Assembly (NCBI GenBank): GCA_031287215.1
Contig: JAITTF010000150.1
Span: 1 to 53,339, forward strand
Direction: 5' to 3'
DNA length: 53,339 nucleotides
Source of the DNA: Bacteroidales bacterium
GTDB lineage: Bacteria > Bacteroidota > Bacteroidia > Bacteroidales > WCHB1-69
In this document: in pieces, positions 1 through 8,566 of the stretch
Position numbering within the stretch: the stretch's first letter is position 1
Layout of the letters: every line of letters starts with the position of its first letter
Position numbers and translations under genes: made by a program
Notes under the pieces: generated by a model
The model's input: only the letters and a program-made list of their open reading frames with translations
Database searches by the model: none
What the model was told of the DNA's origin: nothing

Positions 1-61
1 ACTCAAAAGCAGCTTCCTCAAAGCCCGCAAAAACCCGCAAAGTACTGCTATTAGGAAACAT
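1..61 (-). CDS. 5' end of an unidentified CDS that runs off the left edge (partial)
   Basis: ATG at 61..59 (minus) opens frame MFPNSSTLRVFAGFEEAAFE, still open at base 1. A consensus TATATTTG box lies 49 nt upstream. Only 20 codons are visible, so no product call. Confidence 0.3.
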   Translation of the reverse strand, partial: MFPNSSTLRVFAGFEEAAFE

Positions 62-109
62 TTTTTTTATTATTAAACAATGAAGTGATGTTCTTCTTAT
101 TTTGAGGCA

Positions 110-117
110 CAAATATA
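110..117 (-). promoter_or_regulatory. Bacteroidota-type -7 promoter box (TAnnTTTG)
   Basis: Minus-strand TATATTTG, 49 nt upstream of the ATG at 61. Confidence 0.4.
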
Positions 118-207
118 CATAAAATTTTTCAATTATACACAGAAACATAAATTTTCCCTCAAAAAATATAGAGGAAATATACATAATTTTTTTATATTTT
201 TTTCGTT

Positions 208-1620
208 TTATAAAAGACTTACATCGATCTCAAATGAAAAATTTTTTCGATCCGAGCAGTTGAGAAAACACTGATCACAAAGGGATAATTCCCCTTTTAA
301 ACGCCTTTGAATCATTTCATTCAATCGACTGCGTAAATTGATAATATCAATGAAAGAGGTAACCTCTACCGCAAAAGCATACATGAGCAACATGCGTGCA
401 TTGCGTTCACAAATACCTCTTGAACGTAGATAAAACATCTCCGTATCGTTCAATTGCCCTACCGTAGCACCATGACTGCACTGCACATCATCGGCATAGA
501 TTTCTAAAAATGGTTTGGTGGTAATTTTTGCCTCATCGGTCAACGTAATATTTCGGTTAGTCTGAAATGCAGCCGTCTTTTGAGCATCTTGAGAAACCAA
601 AATATGTCCATTAAAATTGGCGATTGCCTCATCATCAAGAATCCCTTTGTACAATTGATGACTGGTACAATCAGGAGCTGCATGATTTACGAAAACATGA
701 TTGTCAACCACTTGTTTTTTATCTACTAAATATAGACCATTGACACGAGCTTCTGCAAAAGGTTCTGCTAAAGTTACATGAAATTGATTGCGTACATAAC
801 CGGCATTGAAGGTGATCGCATTAGATAAAAACTGAGAATGACTTTTTTGCTCTACAACAACATGTTCCAACATGATCGACTTAGCATCTTTATTCTCCAT
901 TTTACAAAAATTTACTATTGTATTTTCCTCAATATAAATTTCCGTAACATTATTAGCAAAACTATTTTCAGAATGAATGGAATCATTACAATAGACTAAA
1001 GAAAAATTGCTATTTTTGCCAACCATAATCAAATTGTGATTATTGACCAACAGTTTTTGATCTGAAGAGATCAAATTAACCACCTGCATAGGATGTTCAA
1101 CCACTACATTATCAGGAATATAAATAAAAATACCATCTGTAAAGAAGGCTTCATTCAGGGCGTTGAGACTATTATTGCCTGCAAGGCGATGTTTTCCAAG
1201 TCGGGAGAAAACCAAATCGGGATAGCATTCAATAGCTGCGATGAGACTGCCGATAATCATGCCATTTGGAAAAATCGTAATAGGATTCCCCGAATGGAGG
1301 TACCACCCATTAAAAAAAGCAAAAGTATTGGAGGCAATACCCTTAATTTTGCACTTAAATATCGAGTCTAACGGCTGATAGGGAGTAGGTTGTAGTTGAA
1401 ATTCATAGTCGTCGGAGATCTCTTTTTCGATGGGAAAATTATCTCTATTTTCCAATTTTCCGAGGAGCAGTCCTTTTTTCAAGAAGTTTTCTATTGCTAC
1501 TTGGCGAAAAGAGTTTACTTTTTCGTTATTGTTAGCGGGAAGAGAAGCTCTAATTTTGTTAAAGGAATTTTTGATAAACGCATTAAATTTTTCCATTTTG
1601 CAACTCTTTTTTACGTTCAT
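208..1620 (-). CDS. sufD: Fe-S cluster assembly protein SufD
   Basis: 470-aa ORF with the SufB/SufD-family C-terminal core (EIYADDVQCSHGATVGQLNDTEMFYLRSRGI). It overlaps the stop of sufC upstream. The in-frame ATG at 1596 (MEKFNAF) is an equally plausible start. Confidence 0.88.
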   Translation of the reverse strand: MNVKKSCKMEKFNAFIKNSFNKIRASLPANNNEKVNSFRQVAIENFLKKGLLLGKLENRDNFPIEKEISDDYEFQLQPTPYQPLDSIFKCKIKGIASNTFAFFNGWYLHSGNPITIFPNGMIIGSLIAAIECYPDLVFSRLGKHRLAGNNSLNALNEAFFTDGIFIYIPDNVVVEHPMQVVNLISSDQKLLVNNHNLIMVGKNSNFSLVYCNDSIHSENSFANNVTEIYIEENTIVNFCKMENKDAKSIMLEHVVVEQKSHSQFLSNAITFNAGYVRNQFHVTLAEPFAEARVNGLYLVDKKQVVDNHVFVNHAAPDCTSHQLYKGILDDEAIANFNGHILVSQDAQKTAAFQTNRNITLTDEAKITTKPFLEIYADDVQCSHGATVGQLNDTEMFYLRSRGICERNARMLLMYAFAVEVTSFIDIINLRSRLNEMIQRRLKGELSLCDQCFLNCSDRKNFSFEIDVSLL

Positions 1621-2365
1621 ATTCCTGTTTTACCCAGTCGTATCCTTTTTCTTCCAATTCTAATGCCAGCTCTTTATTGCCTGTTTTAACAATTTTCCCA
1701 TCATAAAGTACATGTACTTTATCGGGAATAATATAATCGAGGAGTCTTTGGTAGTGCGTAATGACAACAATAGCATTATTTTCTGACCTCAGATGGGTTA
1801 CACCATTAGCTACTACGCGAAGGGCATCTATATCGAGTCCTGAATCTGTTTCATCTAAAATCGACAATTCAGGATTGAGCATTGCCATCTGAAAAATCTC
1901 ATTTTTTTTCTTTTCACCACCTGAGAAACCTTCGTTTACTGAACGGTTACTCAATTTGGCAGTGAGTTCAACTACTTTTTTCTTCTCTTCCATCAATTTC
2001 AGGAACTGAGCAGCCGTAAGGGGTTCTTCATGGCGATATTGGCGAATCTCGTTGATTGCCGTCTTCATAAAAGTATTCATACTCACACCAGGGATCTCTA
2101 CAGGATACTGAAATCCTATAAAAATGCCTTCTCTGGCTCTATCTTCTACCGACATTTCTAAGAGATTGCGGTCTTTATAGATAATTTTTCCGGAAGTAAC
2201 ATCATAAATGTCTTTTCCTGCAATTACGGAAGCTAAAGTGCTCTTTCCGGTACCATTGGGCCCCATAATAGCATGCACTTCACCTCTATTTATTTCCAAA
2301 TTAAATTCTTTAAGAATCTCTTTTCCCTTAATGGATACACATAAGTCTTCTATCTTTAAAAGCAT
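1583..2365 (-). CDS. sufC: Fe-S cluster assembly ATPase SufC
   Basis: Walker A GPNGTGKST, ABC signature FSGGEKKKNE, Walker B LSILDETDSGLD, H-loop ITHY. The 260-aa size is typical of SufC. Confidence 0.95.
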   Translation of the reverse strand: MLLKIEDLCVSIKGKEILKEFNLEINRGEVHAIMGPNGTGKSTLASVIAGKDIYDVTSGKIIYKDRNLLEMSVEDRAREGIFIGFQYPVEIPGVSMNTFMKTAINEIRQYRHEEPLTAAQFLKLMEEKKKVVELTAKLSNRSVNEGFSGGEKKKNEIFQMAMLNPELSILDETDSGLDIDALRVVANGVTHLRSENNAIVVITHYQRLLDYIIPDKVHVLYDGKIVKTGNKELALELEEKGYDWVKQEYERKKELQNGKI

Positions 2366-2392
2366 AATATTTATCTGTTTGTTTTTAGGCTA

Positions 2393-2400
2393 CAAAAATA
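2393..2400 (-). promoter_or_regulatory. Bacteroidota-type -7 promoter box (TAnnTTTG) for sufC
   Basis: Minus-strand TATTTTTG, 28 nt upstream of the sufC ATG (2365). Confidence 0.5.
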
Positions 2401-2404
2401 ATAC

Positions 2405-2412
2405 TATTTTTG
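2405..2412 (+). promoter_or_regulatory. Bacteroidota-type -7 promoter box (TAnnTTTG) for the GtrA-like gene
   Basis: TATTTTTG, 23 nt upstream of ATG 2435 and divergent from the sufC box. Confidence 0.5.
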
Positions 2413-2434
2413 CATTCTAAAAAATATTTTTTTT

Positions 2435-2863
2435 ATGGCGGCATTTTTGAAGTTTATTAAATTCTGTATTGTAGGTGGTAGCGGGGTTTTCGTTGATTTT
2501 TCGGTTACCTGTTTTTTCAAGGAAATCATAAAAATCAACAAATACATTGCCAATTCTATCGGTTTTATCGTGGCTGCTACTACGAATTACATGCTCAATC
2601 GCATCTGGACTTTTGTCAGTAACCAACCCAATTTTCTGAAAGAATATTTTATTTTCTTTCTTTTTTCTCTGATTGGCTTAGCTTTTAATAATGGGATCAT
2701 ATACCTGTTACATGATAAAATGAAGGTCAATTTTTCCAAAATTTTCACCATAAAAAGTCTCAAAAATAGAGAAAAAGTAGATTTTTATTGTGCTAAACTC
2801 ATTGCCATTACGCTTGTTACTTTTTGGAATTTCTTTATGAACTATTTTTTAAATTTCAAATGA
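2435..2863 (+). CDS. GtrA-family polysaccharide-synthesis membrane protein
   Basis: 142 aa with four hydrophobic segments. The N-terminus FIKFCIVGGSGVFVDF is typical of GtrA-like proteins. Confidence 0.8.
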   Translation: MAAFLKFIKFCIVGGSGVFVDFSVTCFFKEIIKINKYIANSIGFIVAATTNYMLNRIWTFVSNQPNFLKEYFIFFLFSLIGLAFNNGIIYLLHDKMKVNFSKIFTIKSLKNREKVDFYCAKLIAITLVTFWNFFMNYFLNFK

Positions 2864-2879
2864 TCACCGTTTTTTTTAT

Positions 2880-2887
2880 TACCTTTG
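2880..2887 (+). promoter_or_regulatory. Bacteroidota-type -7 promoter box (TAnnTTTG) for tdk
   Basis: TACCTTTG, 28 nt upstream of ATG 2915. Confidence 0.55.
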
Positions 2888-2914
2888 CAAAAATATCTTA
2901 ATCAATAAATCACT

Positions 2915-3502
2915 ATGTTTTTAGAGCAAAAAGCCAACAGAAACCAGCGAAGAGGGTGGATCGAAATAATTTGCGGTTCTATGTTTTCTGGAAAAACAGA
3001 AGAACTTCTTAGGCGCATAAAGAGGGCACAGTTTGCTAGACAAAAAATTGAATTATTTAAACCAGCTATAGACAATCGTTACGACAAAATAGATGTGGTT
3101 TCTCATGATCATTCAGTTATGCCTTCAACTCCCGTACACAACTCTTCGGAAATACTTTTATACATCAATAAAGACGAAACTGAAGTAGTAGCTATAGATG
3201 AAGTGCAATTTTTCGATGAGGGGATCACAGAGGTTTGTACTCAGTTAGCAAATTTAGGTATTAGAGTAATCGTTGCAGGATTAGATATGGATTATACCGG
3301 AAGCCCTTTCCGTACAATGCCTAAGTTGATGTCTGTTGCAGAGTATGTTACCAAAACTCATGCCATTTGTGTCAAATGTGGAGACCTAGCTAATTTTTCA
3401 CATCGTCTAACACAAGAGGATAAGTTGGTAGTATTAGGGGAAGCTGAAAGTTACGAACCTTTGTGTAGGAATTGCTATTTTAACATCCTAAAAAAAACTT
3501 AA
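2915..3502 (+). CDS. tdk: thymidine kinase
   Basis: P-loop GSMFSGKTEEL, DEVQFF, and C-terminal Cys pairs CVKCG / CRNC of type II thymidine kinases. 195 aa. Confidence 0.95.
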   Translation: MFLEQKANRNQRRGWIEIICGSMFSGKTEELLRRIKRAQFARQKIELFKPAIDNRYDKIDVVSHDHSVMPSTPVHNSSEILLYINKDETEVVAIDEVQFFDEGITEVCTQLANLGIRVIVAGLDMDYTGSPFRTMPKLMSVAEYVTKTHAICVKCGDLANFSHRLTQEDKLVVLGEAESYEPLCRNCYFNILKKT

Positions 3503-3528
3503 TTTATAAATATACAAAAACACTTATT

Positions 3529-4461
3529 ATGAAACCAATTATTTTTATTCTTCCTTATGTTATTCTTATAGGCAGTCTGTTTCCTGCATGTGCTCAAAAC
3601 AAAGAAACTAAAACAAATATCTCCAATATGGAGCAGTCTGAATTATTTCAAATCAAAGTAGGTAATGCTACACTTTTTCTACTCTCTGAGGGAAATCATG
3701 CAGGGAATAGCTCTATTTTGATTGATGCTACTCCTCAGATGATGCAAGAAACGATACCTTTTGATACATTTTCAAATGCTACAAATGTTTTTTTGATAAA
3801 AGAAGATTCAAAAAACATCCTTATTGATGCCGGTTATGGAACTAACCTGTTTAATCATCTGGCATTATTAGGTATTTTACCTTCTCAAATTGACATCATT
3901 CTCCTTACACATCTTCATGGAGACCATATCGGAGGATTACTAAAAGACAACACTATTGCTTTTCCCAATGCTCAACTCTATATTTCTCAACTTGAATATG
4001 ATTATTGGATGAGTGATGAATCTATGATGAAGAATCCGGAAAATCGGCGTGGCAGTTTTTATAATGCTCGTGCCGTAGTGAAAGCATATAGCAAACAACT
4101 TCATTTGTTTACACCCAATGATATTGAAAACCGCAATCCTGCTCACCTTATAGAAAACATTACAGCTATTGCTGCTTATGGACATACTCCCGGTCATACA
4201 CTTTATCAAATTAATAATCACAACGAAAAACTCTTAATTTGGGGAGACCTTACTCATGCTATGGCAATCCAAATGCCATATCCTCAAGTTGCAGTAACCT
4301 ACGATATAAACCCTCAAGAAGCGATAAACTCAAGAATAAAAGTGCTGCAATATGTCTCCCAAAATAAAATTCCTATCGCAGGAATGCACATTGCTTATCC
4401 TGCAATTGGAAATATAGAACAAGAAAATACCGGCTACCGTTTTATTACAATGCATAAATAA
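3529..4461 (+). CDS. secreted MBL-fold metallo-hydrolase
   Basis: HxHxDH motif (THLHGDHIGG) plus later ligand histidines (GHTPGH, GMHIAYP). N-terminal signal peptide ends ...SLFPAC-AQ (secreted or lipoprotein). Confidence 0.85.
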   Translation: MKPIIFILPYVILIGSLFPACAQNKETKTNISNMEQSELFQIKVGNATLFLLSEGNHAGNSSILIDATPQMMQETIPFDTFSNATNVFLIKEDSKNILIDAGYGTNLFNHLALLGILPSQIDIILLTHLHGDHIGGLLKDNTIAFPNAQLYISQLEYDYWMSDESMMKNPENRRGSFYNARAVVKAYSKQLHLFTPNDIENRNPAHLIENITAIAAYGHTPGHTLYQINNHNEKLLIWGDLTHAMAIQMPYPQVAVTYDINPQEAINSRIKVLQYVSQNKIPIAGMHIAYPAIGNIEQENTGYRFITMHK

Positions 4462-4496
4462 TAATTTTTTATTCACAATTTTGGCTTTTAATTTTT

Positions 4497-5405
4497 ATGA
4501 CAAAATTCGCATCTGCCAAAAGGCAATTCTTGATAATTCAGCTCCTCAAACAGCGTAAAAAGGCTACCTTTGTCGAAATTTCAGATTATCTTCACACTGT
4601 TTCTGAGTTAGTTGGAACAGATTTAACCATTTCTCCAAGAACGTTTAATCGTGATTTAAAGGACATTTCATCTCTTTATGGTCTTTCCATTAAATTCGAT
4701 TTCTCAAAGCTAATTTATTTTATTGCAGAGGAATTAAATCCTACAATAACCCATAGAATGAGTGAACTTCTCTCTCTCATTAACACTCTTTCTGTTGATG
4801 ATCCTTTATCCCATCAAAATATTTATTTTGAAAATCGGTCTTCAAATGGTGCAGAACATCTGTTGCTTCTCTCAGCAGCTATTAAAAAGAATCTACAACT
4901 TCGTTTTCAATATCAAAATTTTTACAACGAAGAATCTACAACTCACACTGTAGAATCTTTATTGATCAAAGAATCTCAAAACAAGTGGTATCTTTTTGCA
5001 AAAAAAATTAACCATAATAAGGTTGAATGCTATGATTTAGAAAGACTCTCTACTCTTGAAATTTTACCTGAAACCTATATTCCAAATGATACGACCGACC
5101 TCGCTGAACGTTTAAAATATTGTTTTGGCATAGATATACCTTCTCCGGCACTACCTGTAGAGATAGAACTCTCTTTTAGCCCTGAAAAAGGAATTTATCT
5201 GATAAAACATCCACTACATCAAACTCAAAAAATATTGTTAGAAAATAATATGGAAATTCATATATCACTATCGGTCTATCTTACGGATGATTTTTTTATG
5301 AAGATACTCTCTTTTGGCAATGATGTGAAGGTTTTAAAACCGGACTTCTTAGTTGAACAAGTCAAAAAATGTTATTCTAAATCATTAGAACAATATTGGC
5401 GTTAA
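4497..5405 (+). CDS. WYL-domain transcriptional regulator (HTH-WYL)
   Basis: N-terminal winged-HTH-like segment (FLIIQLLKQRKKATFVEISDYL) and central WYL motif (QNKWYLFAKK). 302 aa, the usual size of this family. Confidence 0.75.
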   Translation: MTKFASAKRQFLIIQLLKQRKKATFVEISDYLHTVSELVGTDLTISPRTFNRDLKDISSLYGLSIKFDFSKLIYFIAEELNPTITHRMSELLSLINTLSVDDPLSHQNIYFENRSSNGAEHLLLLSAAIKKNLQLRFQYQNFYNEESTTHTVESLLIKESQNKWYLFAKKINHNKVECYDLERLSTLEILPETYIPNDTTDLAERLKYCFGIDIPSPALPVEIELSFSPEKGIYLIKHPLHQTQKILLENNMEIHISLSVYLTDDFFMKILSFGNDVKVLKPDFLVEQVKKCYSKSLEQYWR

Positions 5406-5410
5406 TATTA

Positions 5411-6301
5411 ATGTTCGTTCAGAAATCTACTAAAAAAAATATTTTGAAAAGAAACAGTATCGTAAAAATTATTATTATATCAATTTGTCTAATCAAATCA
5501 AATTTCTCTACTGCTCAAATTGATACAACTTTTGTGTCTGACTCATTATCACTTACTGAAATATCGGAAAGAAACGACACACTTTCATCAATTGAATTTG
5601 AGAAGAGTTACCTTCATTCTGCCTTTCTACCAAAAACTAAACAACAAAAAATAAATACTGCCTTGTCTTTTGCTATTCCGTCAGCATTGATTACATACGG
5701 TATTATTACGCGTTTTATTCAACCATTGCAAAAATTTGATCATTTTATTGATGCTAAAATAAAACCAAATGTTCATCGAAAATATACCTTTGATGATTAT
5801 ATTCAATATGCACCTTATGTGGCAATTTTTGGACTCGACTGGTGTAAAGTCAGAGCAAAAAATGGCTTCTGGGAACGAACATTAGTAACCGCCACAGGAG
5901 CATTGATGTTGTTTAGTGTGATTACTGCCACCAAGTACTTAACGCTCATTGAACGTCCTGACGGATCAAATTTTCATTCGTTTCCATCAGGTCATACTGC
6001 AACGGCTTTTTTTGGAGCACATATTTTGTTTCGAGAATATCAAGATGTTTCTCCTTTTATCGGTATTGCCGGTTACGCAGTAGCTTTAACCACAGGTGCT
6101 ATGAGAATGGTCAACCGCAAACATTGGTTGAGCGATGTGGTTATAGGAGCAGGCATAGGAGTTTTAGTCGCAGAACTGTCCTATTTGTTGCTACCCTCAT
6201 GGCGCAAATTATTTAAGATAAAACAACGAGGAAGTGGTTTAACTATTATTCCCTCAATTTCACAAACACAAATTGCAATTTGCGGGGTTTGGATATTTTA
6301 A
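5411..6301 (+). CDS. PAP2-superfamily membrane phosphatase
   Basis: KX6RP (KYLTLIERP), PSGH (SFPSGHTA) and RX5HX3D (RMVNRKHWLSD) motifs in a multi-TM protein. The ORF-track start 5396 is TTG and overlaps the WYL gene; the first ATG is 5411. Confidence 0.8.
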   Translation: MFVQKSTKKNILKRNSIVKIIIISICLIKSNFSTAQIDTTFVSDSLSLTEISERNDTLSSIEFEKSYLHSAFLPKTKQQKINTALSFAIPSALITYGIITRFIQPLQKFDHFIDAKIKPNVHRKYTFDDYIQYAPYVAIFGLDWCKVRAKNGFWERTLVTATGALMLFSVITATKYLTLIERPDGSNFHSFPSGHTATAFFGAHILFREYQDVSPFIGIAGYAVALTTGAMRMVNRKHWLSDVVIGAGIGVLVAELSYLLLPSWRKLFKIKQRGSGLTIIPSISQTQIAICGVWIF

Positions 6302-6333
6302 ATTGATTTGTTTGTTGATTGGATATTTATTAT

Positions 6334-6341
6334 TACTTTTG
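6334..6341 (+). promoter_or_regulatory. Bacteroidota-type -7 promoter box (TAnnTTTG) for udk
   Basis: TACTTTTG, 57 nt upstream of ATG 6398. Confidence 0.5.
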
Positions 6342-6397
6342 CAGAACGAAAAAGTTATGTCTGTAACTTAAATTAAATTTTCTTAAATATTATACTT

Positions 6398-7006
6398 ATG
6401 CTCATTTTAGGTATCACCGGTGGCTCCGGCTCAGGAAAAACTACCGTAGTACGCAAAATTATGAAGGTACTACCGAAAGATAAAATTAGTATTCTTTCAC
6501 AAGACGCATACTATAAAGATAATGGTGAACTTTCACAGGAAGAAAAAGAGAAAATCAATTTTGACCACCCTGATTCAATAGAGTTTTCTTTACTGAATCA
6601 CCATATCCGTCAGTTAACGCATCATCAACCAGTTGAAATGCCTACCTACTCTTATACCACTTGCAGAAGAGGCACTGAAACGATCCCCGTCTTTCCTACT
6701 GAAATTCTGATTGTAGAAGGTATTCTTATCTTGACTCATGAAGAATTACGCAGCCTCTTAGACCTTAAAGTGTATGTAGATAGCGATGCCGATGACCGAC
6801 TCATACGCATCATCCAACGTGATGTGCATGAACGCGGAAGAGGACTCGATAAATCTATCCAACACTACGAAAGTTATGTCAAACCTATGCACAACATCTT
6901 TATAGAACCTACCAAAAGATACGCAGACATTATCATCCCTATTGGAGGACATAACGATAAAGGAATCGATATTCTAACTTCCAAAATCCTTCAAACCATT
7001 AGTTAA
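6398..7006 (+). CDS. udk: uridine kinase
   Basis: N-terminal P-loop GITGGSGSGKTT, DHPDSIEF, YVDSDADDRL. 202 aa. Confidence 0.93.
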   Translation: MLILGITGGSGSGKTTVVRKIMKVLPKDKISILSQDAYYKDNGELSQEEKEKINFDHPDSIEFSLLNHHIRQLTHHQPVEMPTYSYTTCRRGTETIPVFPTEILIVEGILILTHEELRSLLDLKVYVDSDADDRLIRIIQRDVHERGRGLDKSIQHYESYVKPMHNIFIEPTKRYADIIIPIGGHNDKGIDILTSKILQTIS

Positions 7007-7016
7007 ATATTTTTTG

Positions 7017-7024
7017 TACTTTTG
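7017..7024 (+). promoter_or_regulatory. Bacteroidota-type -7 promoter box (TAnnTTTG) for glyQS
   Basis: TACTTTTG, 20 nt upstream of ATG 7044. Confidence 0.55.
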
Positions 7025-7043
7025 CATCTAAATTAAATTTTAT

Positions 7044-8555
7044 ATGGCTAATAACGAGAACCTTTTTAAACAGATTATTTCTCACGCTAAAGAATACGGT
7101 TTTATCTTTCCTTCAAGCGAAATTTATGACGGATTAGCAGCAGTTTATGATTACGCTCAGTATGGCGTAGAACTAAAAAACAATATCAAAAATTATTGGT
7201 GGAAATCAATGGTCCAATTTAACGAAAATATCGTTGGAATTGATAGTGCTATTTTTATGCATCCAACCATTTGGAAAGCTTCAGGACATGTGGACGCTTT
7301 TAATGACCCCCTGATCGACAATAAAGATTCTAAAAAAAGATATAGAGCAGATGTGCTGATTGAAGATTATCTCAAAAAAATTGAAGATAAAATAGATAAA
7401 GAGGTGGAAAAAGCGGCTAAAAAATTTTCGCCCTTTGATGAACAACTCTTTAGAAGTACTAATCCTCGCGTGGTTGAGTATGCCAAGAAAATAGAAACTA
7501 TTACACAACGTTTTTCGCAAATGCTCAATGATGAGGATTTGGTTGGCTTAAAAGCACTAATCGAAGAGCTGGAAATTACTTGTCCTATCTCAGGAAGTCG
7601 CAATTGGACGGATGTTAGGCAGTTTAATTTGATGTTTGCTACCCAAATTGGATCCGTTGCAGATGGTGCCGATACCGTTTATCTTCGCCCTGAAACTGCT
7701 CAAGGTATTTTTGTTAATTTTCTTAATGTCTATAAAACTGGAAGAATGAAAATTCCGTTTGGCATAGCTCAAATTGGAAAAGCATTTAGAAATGAGATTG
7801 TTGCAAGACAATTTATCTTCAGAATGCGCGAATTTGAACAGATGGAAATGCAATTTTTTGTTCGTCCGGGAGAAGAATTAAAGTGCTTTAAATATTGGAA
7901 AGAAGAACGCATGAAATGGCATCTCTCTTTAGGTATTGCCCCTGAGCACTATCGTTTTCACGACCATGAAAAACTGGCGCATTATGCTAATGCTGCTACA
8001 GACATTGAATTTGATTTTCCATTTGGATTTAAAGAATTGGAGGGAATCCACTCCCGTACTGATTACGACTTGAGTCAACATGAAAAATTCTCCGGCAAAA
8101 AATTACGCTATTTTGATCACGAAACTAACGAAAATTATATTCCATACGTAGTGGAAACCTCCATAGGTGTGGATAGAATGTTTTTGGCTGTGCTCAGTAA
8201 TGCATTCAATTCGGAAATCTTAGAAGATGGTAGCGAACGCGTAGTTTTGAGATTACCTGCCAAATTGGCTCCTATAAAAGCCGCTATACTTCCTTTAGTG
8301 AAAAAAGATGGACTTCCTGAAATTGCACGCGAAATTATGGATGTGCTCAAACAAGATTTGATGTGCCAGTATGATGATAAAGATGCTATAGGACGTAGAT
8401 ATCGCCGCCAAGATGCTATAGGAACTCCATTTTGTATTACTATTGACCACCAAACAAAAGAAGATCATTGTGTTACCATAAGAGAAAGAGATTCTATGCA
8501 ACAATATAGAGTCTCCATAGATACTCTTAAAGGGACACTTATCAATAAATTTTAA
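7044..8555 (+). CDS. glyQS: glycine--tRNA ligase (alpha2 type)
   Basis: 503-aa class II aaRS. Motif 2 region FRNEIVARQFIFRMREFEQME and anticodon-binding C-terminus GRRYRRQDAIGTPFCITID. Confidence 0.95.
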   Translation: MANNENLFKQIISHAKEYGFIFPSSEIYDGLAAVYDYAQYGVELKNNIKNYWWKSMVQFNENIVGIDSAIFMHPTIWKASGHVDAFNDPLIDNKDSKKRYRADVLIEDYLKKIEDKIDKEVEKAAKKFSPFDEQLFRSTNPRVVEYAKKIETITQRFSQMLNDEDLVGLKALIEELEITCPISGSRNWTDVRQFNLMFATQIGSVADGADTVYLRPETAQGIFVNFLNVYKTGRMKIPFGIAQIGKAFRNEIVARQFIFRMREFEQMEMQFFVRPGEELKCFKYWKEERMKWHLSLGIAPEHYRFHDHEKLAHYANAATDIEFDFPFGFKELEGIHSRTDYDLSQHEKFSGKKLRYFDHETNENYIPYVVETSIGVDRMFLAVLSNAFNSEILEDGSERVVLRLPAKLAPIKAAILPLVKKDGLPEIAREIMDVLKQDLMCQYDDKDAIGRRYRRQDAIGTPFCITIDHQTKEDHCVTIRERDSMQQYRVSIDTLKGTLINKF

Positions 8556-8566
8556 ATACTTTTATT

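Noticed and set aside
1093-1689. Three plus-strand ORFs (77-97 aa) antisense to sufD/sufC.
   Set aside because: They are antisense to strongly supported genes and have no features of their own.
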